Assembly: GCF_006345805.1 (NCBI RefSeq)
Contig: NC_042998.1
Coordinates: 154,442,001-154,506,000, forward strand
Reading direction: 5' to 3'
From: Octopus sinensis
Taxonomy: Eukaryota
Length of the DNA stretch: 64,000 nucleotides
The notes under the pieces are model-generated. The model had not been told where the DNA came from. It saw only the letters and a program-made list of their open reading frames with translations, and searched no databases. This document shows positions 23,312-34,909 of the stretch, in pieces (the first letter of the stretch is position 1; each line of letters begins with the position of its first letter). The position numbers and the translations under genes were made by a program.

Positions 23312-23818
23312 TTGTATTGTATTGTGACCCCCCCTTCAGTCATGAATGACCATGAGATTGCACCTAGAAAGTTACCCTCCAAGGCACAAGTCTGGCCAAG
23401 GTTGTTTATGGAAGACCAGCAGTCGCCCACACATACGAGCCTCTCCTCTCCACGTCACCGATGTTATCCAAGGGAAAGGCAAAGGCCAATACAGCTTGGC
23501 ACCAGTGACGTCACAGCTCATTTATTAATGTGCAAGTGGCTGAGCACTCCACATACACGTGTACCCTTAACGTAGTTCTCAGGGAAATTCAGCGTGACAC
23601 AGTGTGACAAGGCTGGCCCTTTGAAATACAGACACAACAGAAACAGGAAGAAAGAGTGAGAGAAAGTTGTGTTAAAGAGTACAGCAGAGTTCACTACCAC
23701 CCTCTGCCGGAGCCTCATGCAGCTTTAGGTGTTTTCGCTGAATAAACACTCACAATACCCGGTCTGGGATCCTACAATCACGAGTCCGCTGCCCTAACCA
23801 CTGGGCCATTGCGCCTTC
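23312..23818 (-). mobile_element. tRNA-derived SINE (second family)
   Basis: Minus-strand head gaaggcgcaatggcccagtggttagggcagcggactc...; the body resembles other dispersed SINE bodies. Confidence 0.7.
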
Positions 23819-23844
23819 GCACACACACACACGCACATATATAT

Positions 23845-24659
23845 ATATACTACATGTGTGGAAATTTGTGGGTGTGTTTGTTTGTGGTATTGTTATCTAA
23901 CTCCTCCTACATCGTTTTATCGATTTTGATGAAACTTGGCATGTGAGTAGAACTCATGTTAAGAAAACTAGTGACATACTTAGATTGCTGAAAAGAAAAA
24001 AATCAATAATAGGCCCCCTTGAAGGGATCCTTATATCTACTACATATAACTAATATATTATTTTTAAACATCCAAGGGAAATAACCCATTCGCTCCTGAG
24101 CATGATCAGCTTATATAGCCAAGGGAAATAACCTATTCCTGTTTGCAAATTATTTTGTATAAATCAAATTAAGTATGCTTATTTTTTAGTATTTGCACTA
24201 TTTGAGTTATTTTTGCAATTTATCCAGTACAACGCTTAAACAAGTAAATAGTATTTTCCTAAACAATAGATCCACTTATTTTGGTTAGTGACATATTCAC
24301 GAATATACCAACACTAATATTGCTGAGGGTAATATTCTCTGCAAATGCACAAAAGCTTTTTCAGAGTTATTTACTTTGAATTGTTATTATCACATATCAT
24401 TATTTAAATTCTTACTATCAGGTAATTAATATTCTGTTATTACATAACTGACTTCACGATTTGGGTATTCATAACTTATTGGGAATTCCTAAAGACAAGA
24501 TCCTGTGTAACACAGTTCAGTATTCTCAATAAATACACAAAAACTGTTTTAAGGGCTACATACTTAGTATTATTGTTACTGGATTAGCGAAACAATTATG
24601 AGAATGGAACCAAGGGATAAGCTCCACTTTCCCGGGAATTACTGGGTACGTCAGTTAGT
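23845..24659 (+). mobile_element. Non-autonomous Helitron-like element
   Basis: The 3' end has the subterminal hairpin cccgggaattactggg followed by tacgtcagTTAGT (a CTAGT variant) and then AT. The 5' part has tttgtttgt...taactcctcctac...cgattttgatgaaacttggca, typical of invertebrate Helitron/HINE elements. Confidence 0.6.
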
Positions 24660-24935
24660 ATCATCATCATCATCATCATCGTTTAACGTTCGTTTTCCAT
24701 GCTAGCATAGGTTGGACGGTTCGACCGGGGTCTGGGAAGCCAGGAGGCTGCACCAAGCTCCAGTTTGATCTGGTAGTGTTTCTACAGTTGGATGCCCTTC
24801 CTAACGCCAACCCCTCCATGAGTATAGGGGTTGCTTTTTAAGTGCCATCGGGACAGGTGCCAGGGGAGGCAGGCAATGGCCACGATTGGTTGGTGCATTT
24901 TACGTGCCACCGGCACAGAAGCCAGTTAAGGCGGA
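24660..24935 (-). mobile_element. SINE / RTE-tail family copy
   Basis: Same core sequence. Confidence 0.8.
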
Positions 24936-25115
24936 ACTATATATACACATACACACACATAGGCATATATACACATACATATATGTGCACATGCACACAC
25001 ATACACCACACATTTTTTTCATCTCTCCCTTTCTTGTGCCAACTCTTTTGCTCTTCTTTCTTGTTACCTTTCCCTACGGTTACATTTTAGAATATATACA
25101 TATATATATTTATAT

Positions 25116-25176
<61 letters not shown>

Positions 25177-25377
25177 TTATATTATTGAAAAAATTGGAAT
25201 CAACAAGAAGGGGTACAATTGAGCATTTATTTTTTAATCACTACAATTATTTTGCAGCAATGTAGTTCTCCAGGTGTGCAGGTACTTGATTATGCAACTG
25301 TTTCCCTGCATTATGAGAATATATCATAACTATATATATATACATACATACATACATTCATATATATATATACACTC

Positions 25378-25537
25378 ACGGAGTGGTTGGCGTTAGGAAG
25401 GGCATCCAGCCGTAGAAACACTGCCAGATCAGACTGGGCCTGATGCAGCTTTCTGGCTTCACAGACCCCAGTTGAACCGTCCAACCCATGCTAGCATGGA
25501 AAGCAGACGCTAAATGATGATGATGATGATGATGATG
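25378..25537 (+). mobile_element. 5'-truncated SINE / RTE-tail copy with (GAT)n tail
   Basis: gagtggttggcgttaggaagggcatccagccgtagaaac...taaatgatgatgatg. Confidence 0.8.
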
Positions 25538-25886
25538 TATATATATATATATAGTTATGGCATAAATAACTGTTGGAGTATCTCAACTTATCTACATATA
25601 ACTTCCTTAATGTCCTTTCACTCTGATGATATTTCACTCAAAATCTTCAAAATGCAAGCTTATTTTATTACATATGTCTTGTAATTTGTAATGAGTGTTA
25701 ATTGAAACAATTGTTGGCCATGTTAATAAAATTAATTCATATCCATTAAATCTTTCCATTTTCTTACTTAATTTGATATTTATAATATATCTATTGAAGA
25801 GGTATCTCTTAACACTATAATATATTAAACCAGTGTAACTTGGATGGAACCATCCCTATAAGAGGTTTTTATATCCTCATAATGAC

Positions 25887-26075
<189 letters not shown>

Positions 26076-26669
26076 AAAAAACATCTGATAAATAAACATA
26101 CAAGCATATACTAAATACACAGATGAATGGAACACACAGGTCACCAACTCCTCATTAGTTATCAGTCAAGAAGGTCATGCATAATTTTGGCCATTATTAA
26201 TAATATTGCTTCCATTTTGGAGACACTGGCAAGAAACTTGCCAGGAATGGGACAAATCACAAAACGAGATAGGCTCGAGATGAGACCATTAGTGAACAGA
26301 CGAGGGACAAAGCAATACATAGAATAAAGACTTAGGGCCACATAGAAACAATAATTAAAATGATAATAATACACATACAGCAAAAAACAAGCCTTAGGGC
26401 TGCATGACAAGACAAAAATGGGCAACGCAAAGGAGAAATGAAAACTGTCCTAAAAGACTATAAAGGGAGAGGTAGTCACAATGAGGACATTTAAATGAGG
26501 GCATTTAATTTTGTTTGTAAAATGAAACAATTGTAGGTGAATATGTTAATTAATTAATAAATCAATTTGTATCCATTAGATCTCTCTGTTTTATAACTCC
26601 ATAATGTATAGTTCTATATTTAAGAGATGAGGAATTATGTACATTATTTACATTTGACAGATATTTGTC

Positions 26670-27400
26670 CTCATCCAAGTATGGATTCAAGACATCCTTA
26701 TACTGCAAGCCGACCTTCACTGGACGATACCTCAACTTCAATTCCCACCATTCATACAGTGTAAAGAGAGGGATTACTCAGTGCCTAAAACATCAAGCAA
26801 AGAATATAAGTAGTGATCATGATACCCACCACGAAGAAATGATCACACTAAGTAACAACTACCTCAAAAACATACTATCCACTCCAGTTATGAAGAAAAG
26901 AGAGGATGAAACCAATAAACTGTCCACAGTCTGTCTAGCCTATGTGAAAGGCCTCTCCTAAAAGATACAAAAGATATGTGGCTAATATGACATCAGAACA
27001 GTATTCAAGAGTAATACAATACTTCACAAATATCTCCTTCGAGTAAAACCACCAATAGAAGAGAATATGACCAAAGACTGTGTGTACTCCATCCCATGCA
27101 GCTGTGGTAGGTTATACAAAGCTGAAACATGCAGACTCCTCAAAATAAGGGTAGAGGAACATTGCAAAGCTGTGACATGAGGAGATATTGATAAATCGGG
27201 TATAGCTGATCATGTATGGAAAAATGGAGACCAACTCCCCCTGTGGGTTGAAGTTAAAATAATAGAGAACACCACTGGAAAATACAGAAACTAAAAGAAG
27301 CAGCACATATGTTAGGACACACAAACCTCCTAAGCAGACTGAGTGCAGATATAAGTAGCATATGGGAACTCGTATTAAGGAAGGATAGGAAAATATTAGA
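26670..27400 (+). mobile_element. Penelope-like element fragment: RT C-terminus, linker and GIY-YIG endonuclease
   Basis: LYCKPTFTGRYLNFNSHHSYSVKRGI (RT thumb), then DCVYSIPCSCGRLYKAETCRLLKIRVEEH (GIY-YIG) at 27075-27165, with stops. Confidence 0.85.
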
Positions 27401-27433
27401 TTTATAAGCCCTAAAATTCACTCCATAATTGCC

Positions 27434-27558
27434 TACGTAATGGTTTAGAGCGTGGGCTACTAACCCCAACATTCCAAGTTTGATTCCAGACAGTGACCTG
27501 AATAAGAATCAGAATGAAAATGAGAATGAGAATGATAATGATAATTATAATCATAATC

Positions 27559-27602
<44 letters not shown>
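27434..27602 (+). repeat. Short tRNA-like SINE head followed by a decaying (AAT)n array
   Basis: cgtaatggtttagagcgtgggctactaaccccaacattccaagtttgattccag, then aatgagaatgataat...(aat)n up to 27602. Confidence 0.55.
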
Positions 27603-27604
<2 letters not shown>

Positions 27605-29942
27605 GATCCCCAACTTCTGGTTGAAATATCTAACAGGAATGCACAAAAAGCTGGCTGAAAACTTTAACAGCATACTAGCAGAGCCAGAGAAAATGCCTGA
27701 ATGGCTCACGAAGGGGAAAACCATCTTAATTCCCAAATCAAATGAAACAGCAAAACCAGAAAACTACAGACCAATAACCTGCCTCCCTACTATGTTCAAG
27801 GCATTTACTGCAGTGATATCGCAAAGGCTGAACAAGCACCTGGACGAAAACAAACTGTTCCCAGAAGAGCAGAAAGGATGCCGCAAAGGCTCATATGGCT
27901 GTAAAGATCAATTAATGATTAATAAAGCCGTAACTGAAGACAGCCACAGAAAGAAGAAAGGCCTCAGTATGGCCTGGATTGACTACAAAAAGGCGTTTGA
28001 TAGCATCCCCCACACATGGATCCTCGAAACACTAGCCATTAACAAAGTAGCACCAACAATCATAAAATTCATAGAGCACTCTATGAATAAATGGCAAACA
28101 GTCCTACATCTCCAAACAAAAGGGGACTCATGAAAACCAAAGACATCCCCATCAGAAGAGGAATATTCCAGGGAGACACGCTCTCTCCACTCCTTTTCTG
28201 CTTGCACTGTCACCTCTATCTGATATGCTAAATAGAACTGGATGCGGATATAAATGTTACGGCAAAACGATCAGCCACCTTTTATATATGGATGACCTAA
28301 AACTATACGCTGCAAATGACAAACAGCTGGAAACACTATTAAAGACAGTTCATGGATTTACCAAAGAAATAGATATGAAATTTGGATTAGAAAAATGCGC
28401 CAAAGTAACCATGAAAAGAGGAAAACTAGTTAAAAGTAACAACATCACACTAGATAAAACCAATGAAATAAAAGAATTAGACCAAAGCCAAACTTACAAA
28501 TACTTAGGAATCCATGAACTAGATAAGACACAACACACACAAATGAAAGAGAAAATAAAAAAAGAATATTATAGACGAGTTAGATCAATACTAAAAACAG
28601 AGCTCAATGCTAAAAACAAGATAATAGGTATCAACACTTTAGCTGTCCCAGTTATAAGTTACAGCTACAATATCCTTAACTGGGCACAAAATGAACTGTC
28701 CAAAATAGATAGGAAAACAAGAAAATACTGACAGGATCTAGGATGCATCACCCAAAATCTGACATAGAAAGACTATATATACAACGTATAGAAGGTGGTA
28801 GAGGCCTTATACAGCTGGAAAACTACTATAAAATAACCACCATAGGACTGCAAAAATACCTACTTCAGAAGGAAGGAAAACTGATCCAGATAGCAGCAAA
28901 ACACGAGCAAAACAAAAACTGTTCTCAGTATTTAAGGAAGCTGACAAATACACAAACAAGAAATCATACCACCTAATAAACATGAAGAAGAAGAAGAAGA
29001 AGATGATGAAGAAACAACAAAAGCTATAAAACAAATGAAATCCAAACTAAAATAGAACAGCAACGAACCATGATAAAACGATGGCAAGAAAAGCCCCTTC
29101 ATGGTAAATACTGCACTAAACTAAACGCAAAAGAAATAGACAAAGAAAGATCCCAGCAATGGTTGAGAAGCTCAGGACTCAAAGCAGAAACAGAGGGATT
29201 TTTAATTGCAGCACAAGACCAAAACCTCCCCACCAGAAATTACCAAAAACATGTAATGAAAAGAAATATTACAAGTAACTGCAGAATATGTGGAGATGGA
29301 CAAGAAACAATAAATCATATTATCTCTAGCTGCCCAGTCCTGGCTAAGAAGGAATATATTCACAGACATGACAGAGTTGGAACCTACATACACTGGAAGC
29401 TATGCCAACATTATGGAATAACAACAGAAAAAAGATGGTATAGGCACACACCAGAAAAGGTTACAGAAAACGAGAAAGCAACAATACTCTGGGATATGCC
29501 GATACACACAGATAGAGAAATTAAGGCCAACAGACCAGATATAGTTGTCAGAGATCATGAAGAAAAAAAATGCTTTCTAATTGATGTATCAATACCGGCA
29601 GATGACAACGTGTCTCTAAAAGAAATGGAGAAACTCTCAAAATACAAAGACCTGGAAATAGAGGTAACTAGAATGTGGAATCTGAAAACAGAAACAATTC
29701 CTATCATAGTAGGTGCATTAGGCATGATAAAAAAATATTCAGACAAATACATAACAAAAACACCAGGACTTACAAACATATATCACAGAAAATTGCACTA
29801 CTAGGCACTGCACACATCCTACGCAGAGCACTTTCCATACAATAACCATCAGAGCATCACAACAAATCACAGCACATACCCAAGGCACACAGAGCTGCGC
29901 TCGGTAGTGAAGTGAAAGCACGCTATAAAAATAAAACTACTG
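27603..29942 (+). mobile_element. R4/Dong-like non-LTR retrotransposon (RT, CCHC zinc knuckle, restriction-like endonuclease), 5'-truncated, inserted in (AAT)n
   Basis: ENYRPITCLPTMFK, EQKGCRKGSYGCKDQLMIN, AWIDYKKAFDSIPH, SHLLYMDDLKLY, CRICGDGQETINHIISSC and RPDIVV...LIDVSIP...EKLSKYKDL; (AAT)n on both sides; a few frameshifts and stops. Confidence 0.9.
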
Positions 29943-29957
29943 AATAATAATAATAAT

Positions 29958-30485
29958 AAATGCCCTGATGCAGTACCAGACTCATGGCTTCTGAGCTTAA
30001 CTGATTGGAAGTGTTATCATGTACATTGCTTTGTCTTAGTATAAAAGATGGGCTACAGCAAATATTCTGCACAGATTTGCTTGTCAGTTGTTTGACCGTA
30101 ATCAGTTGAGCATGTCCCTTAGTGGCTGACGATATGTGCATCTCTGATCATGAGCAGAAGTAGTGGGGGAGCATCATAACCATGTTGAAAGGAATTCTTG
30201 GAGGTTTGGATAATTCACCTTTGGAAGCATGGGTGGTTTGTTCAACATCCTTAAACAATCCTTATTCAGGGACCTTTTGAGCGGGATGGGCTACTCGACC
30301 AGAAGAAAATTCTAACTGGGCCCCACCTGCAAGGTCATGTGCTGTTAATCTTGATATGAGATCATCATGTTGCGCACATATGTGCCTGGTGTACCCTTAT
30401 CAGACAGGTAGTCATGATGGGTATACTGGGCTTCATATATTTAACCCCAGTGTCACTTTGATAGCATGCACTGCTCTCTCATTCA
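29958..30485. mobile_element. ~530-bp non-coding interspersed-repeat-like unit flanked by AAT repeats (unclassified)
   Basis: It starts right after (aat)n at 29943-29957 and ends ctctctcattcaataat. No ORF. It resembles a very common octopus repeat (from recall, not searched). Confidence 0.5.
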
Positions 30486-30495
30486 ATAATATCTA

Positions 30496-30965
30496 CTATG
30501 TATATTTCCTATTTAGTATTGGGGAGATTTCATTTATAAGGACATACTCCTGTATTTGTCTGAGTGTTGGGTCTTTTGGGTGCTTGGATAAGATGCAGAT
30601 GTCAAGTTGACCCAATTTGCCTCCATGGTGGTCTTTGGCATGTTGGTAGAGTATGGAAGACTGTTTTTTGTCGTCATACTGTCTCAGATGTTCATTTATT
30701 TGTTCCGCAATGCTCCAGGATGTTTCCCCTATGTACATCATGTTCATTTCTTTACAAGCACCTTCTATGCATCTTATGCCATAAACTACATTTCGAGTTC
30801 TACAGTTAATGCCAGGGTTAATCCTACATACCATGCAGTTATCATTGGTGCATATCGTATTCTCAGAGGGGTACATCCTACATAGTTGTGATCTGACGAA
30901 GTTCCCTGGCTTTTCAACAATCTTAATGTTGAGTTTGGTCTCCTTCAGAGCTTTTCTAAATCTAT
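30496..30965 (-). mobile_element. Penelope-like element 3' end: linker, Cys motif and GIY-YIG endonuclease (Neptune-type architecture)
   Basis: KIVEKPGNFVRSQLCRMYP...CTNDNCMVC...CRTRNVVYGIRC...MYIGETSWSIAEQINEH...LRQIQE. Confidence 0.85.
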
Positions 30966-31009
30966 GAAAATAAACAGATCAACATACAGACGGATAGGTA
31001 CATAGGTTA

Positions 31010-31425
31010 TAAGAACAGACAAACACACATACGCAAATGGACACTGACACACACGACCATATACACACACTTTACTCCACACAAGGACACATATGGAGAC
31101 ACGGATCTACACATATAGAGATGCACATCCATCCATACATACAAACATGGTACATAGTTGCATAACACATACATACACACACAGACATGCACACACAAGG
31201 AGACATAGGTGCATACATATACAAACATACACTCACACACACACATACATAGAAAATACCCAAACAAGGACATGCAAGCACATGAATATACAGGATACAT
31301 ACATAGACGCACACACACACACACACATATACATACACATGCATACATACACATACATATGTACATGCATGCATGCATAGGCACACACACACACACTGAC
31401 CCACACACATGCGCACAAACAAACA
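31010..31425. repeat. Degenerate (CA)/(CATA) low-complexity tract
   Basis: Direct read. Confidence 0.9.
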
Positions 31426-32744
31426 AAAAGGAATGCAGTGTAAATAGGTTGCAAGACACAATGAAAATTTTAGGAAAATAAAAATTAAAAATAAGTGGAT
31501 ATTTTACCGGTGAGTGTGTTACATTATAAGGCACAAAAAGAAAATGACTCTCCCCAGACATAACAGAATATGCTTCAACTCATATAAAGAATCTTGCAAA
31601 CCAAATCCAAAAACTAAATATAATTCTCTATTGATGTCAATAAGGTATATATACTTCATCATGGTTTTAGTGATTAAACTATTTTATTCCTTTTCTATGG
31701 TGTTCTACCCTACCTGATCATTTTATTATTATTTTATAATAGCCTTTATAAAATAAACCTAATTTTTGTACCCTTAGAAATTCATACTTAGCTTATATAT
31801 AACAATACTGGTATCTTCACAACTTAAAATAAACTGCTTAGATTATAATTTAATTAATATATAGTTAGCATGTTCTTTCGCCTCAGTACTCCTTTATTAA
31901 ATACCAGTAAATGCCAATGATCATACGTCATAGATACCATCTAATAATTTAATTAATATTTAAGTATATAATATGTATAAATATTAAACTATTTCTATTC
32001 CTTTCTATTTCTTTTCCTCCCTCTACTGTGGTAAAATTTGGTATATACTCAAAAGTATTCAAAAACATTTTAACCTTTTGTTATAATATTCTTCTTAATA
32101 ATCTTCTTGATAACCCTAAATTTTAACTTTATATAATATAGCAATATTGTTTAAAATATTCAACTATAGGATCCCATATAAAATTTCCCTGTATTATATT
32201 TGTTTACTAGAGTCTTGCCCCTTCAATTGACAGTTAACATCTTGATTTAAGATTTCCCTTACCAAATCTCATTATATTGCTTCAAATTTTGATAGTTTTA
32301 TGACTCCCTTAGCCCATTTCCTAACAGATACTGCTCCTTGTTCCTTAGATTTTTGATATACAAAAATTTGATAAAGAAGACTATAGATTAAAACTGACCC
32401 CAAAAAAACAGTGACAAGCTAGATCTCTAACAAATCTGACAGCATGTTCTTTGTCTATCTCCTTACCTTCTTGGAGGTCTTAGGTAAAATTATACTGTGT
32501 CCATCTGTTTTAATTTAATTTAATTCTATGTATTTATGCTCTGCATTTAAATTGATGTAATGGTTGCATAGTTCAATTAAATGGAGTCCCTTGAAACGAT
32601 CCTACTGGATTACTTCTGGATATCCTGTTGCTTATTTTGATTTTAATCACCTTATTTTGAAACTGTATGGATAATACCGTACTAAATTCTGGTGCGTTAA
32701 CCTAAGTACCTAATTCATCTGAATCTAAATTTTTGCTTATATAT

Positions 32745-32975
32745 ATCATCATCATCGTTTAACGTCCGTTTTCCATGCTAGCATGGGTTGGACGGTTCGA
32801 CTAGGGTCTGGGAAGCCAGGAGGCTGTGCCAGGCTCCAGTCTGATCTGGCAGTGTTTTAACCACTGGATGCCCTTCCTAACACCAACCACTCGGTGAGTG
32901 TAGTGGGTGCTTTTTACGTGCCACCGGCACAGGGGCCAGAGGAGGCTGGCAAACGGCCACGATCGGTTGGTGCTT
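32745..32975 (-). mobile_element. SINE / RTE-tail family copy
   Basis: Same core sequence. Confidence 0.8.
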
Positions 32976-33271
32976 ATATATATATATATTCATATAAATA
33001 TGCTACGAAGTTTATTATAGTTGTTATGTGAATTTTTTTTATCACTATTCCTTCACTTACAGAACGATCGGTTACGCTGAAATAAAAGTTTTTTTTAGAA
33101 GTTATTATTGATTTCGTTAATGATTGTCAATCCTTTTGACTATTTTGTTGTGTATATTCGGCATGATTTCTTAGCATGTACCATGTTATCGTTACTTGAT
33201 TTAGGTTCTCTCATGGACACTCTTGATCCAGTGGAGTATCCAGACTATGACAACGACAGTGAGAAAAGGTT

Positions 33272-33579
33272 GGGTAAAATTACAGATTAACACCCGCACG
33301 ATTTTCACTAAGAAAAAAAAAAAAACTCTGATTTTTTGCGTGGAATCAAGTACTGTGACCTCGTAATATGCTGTAAATCCCATATTTGGGTTCGGAAGGG
33401 TGAGGGGGGCTTTCCCATATTTGGGTTCGGAAGGGTGGGGGGGCTGTCCCCCACCCTTCCGAACCCAAATATGGGATTTACAGCATTTTACGAGGTCACA
33501 GTACTTGATTCCACGCAAAAAATCTTTTTTTTTTTTTTTGTAGTGAAAATCGTGCGGGTGTTAATCTGTAATTTTACCC
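33272..33579. mobile_element. ~308-bp near-perfect foldback element (GGGTAAAATTACAG...CTGTAATTTTACCC) without a TSD
   Basis: The arms are reverse complements along almost their whole length. The left arm has an extra ~28-bp duplication (cccatatttgggttcggaagggtg). Flanks aaaaggtt / gcgattcg do not match. Confidence 0.8.
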
Positions 33580-34909
33580 GCGATTCGAACTCGGAGTGTA
33601 GAGAGCTGGAACAAATATCGCATCGTATTCTCTCCGACGATGGTAATAATCTGTCGACTGTTTACTGAAGAACAATGAAAATAGGATATAATAGCATCTA
33701 AGGAAAATTACAATCGTTTATTGAAAAAATAATCTAAATCAGCTGAAAAATATACCTAGTATTCTAAAAGATAAATTCGGTAAAGCTTAATTATTAAATT
33801 GTCAAAAATAATATTCAAAAGTAAATGTAGGAATCACGGTCCTTCGTAAGTGCAGATATCTAAATATCATATCCGGTTTGTCGAAGATGTAAACAAGTAG
33901 AGTTTTTCATCTGCACCCGAAGAATAGGAAGCCAAAGAAAGTGTTTCCTTATCTGTAGAATATAATCATGTGGTCCCCTACCGATTCTCCTTGGTCCCCT
34001 ATAACGTCTCCACTAAATCAGGTAAAAAATTAAAAGCAATGTTCTTTATAATCTGCTATGTATTATTTTATTATATGTTCAAGGATCTGAAGATGTGCTG
34101 TTTTAAGCATGTAAACTAGGTCGCATGTTTATATATATGTGTGTGTGTAGTGAACTTCTCGTTACCGATATTCATCCTTTAGTTTTCTACATTTATCTCT
34201 TTGAGATTCTCGGTACTTTACATCTTCCCGGATGAAATGAGTACTCGAATTGATTCAGTCAACCTAATCCCCTCAAATATTGACCCTGAGCCCAAACAGG
34301 TATACTTGACCCCAATTGTTTCTTTGCTTCTCTTCAATCATTTCTATTCCAGAAACGCAATTAACAGAACTGGTCTTATATTCGAAGGTTACTTGTGAGA
34401 AGTTTGCTCCGCATAATTGCTCGCATTTCAAAGCTGGATATATTTTCCTTATCAAAATACTAGTTATAACCTGTATGGATTATATTTCAATTTGTTAGGG
34501 ATGATACTAATTACTATTCTCATACTACTATGACCCGTAACAAGGCATATATTGACAAGGAATAAACATGAACTTCAAAATTTCATGATATAATTTTATA
34601 ATATAGGTCGTATATGACTATTACGTATTTTAATACTAAAATTATAGCCGTTGTAACATCTCTTCATAAATTATTCTTTATAGCTGTTAGTGTCAAATTA
34701 AACATTCTTGCATTTTCCAATACTCATTCTTATATCCTACTTCACGATGAAGAGTTATTCCTATTTTTTAAATATATTTATTGTGATTACCATTCTATAA
34801 ATGAAGGATATATTGATAGTATAACAGCACTAATGATGATCTTTGTATTTAATGTGCCACTTTCATTTCGCCAGACTTTAATTTGGTCACCGCAGATGTG
34901 AAAAATTTC

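Noticed and set aside
31600-32720. Possible very old LINE remnant on the minus strand
   Set aside because: No diagnostic motif could be read with confidence.
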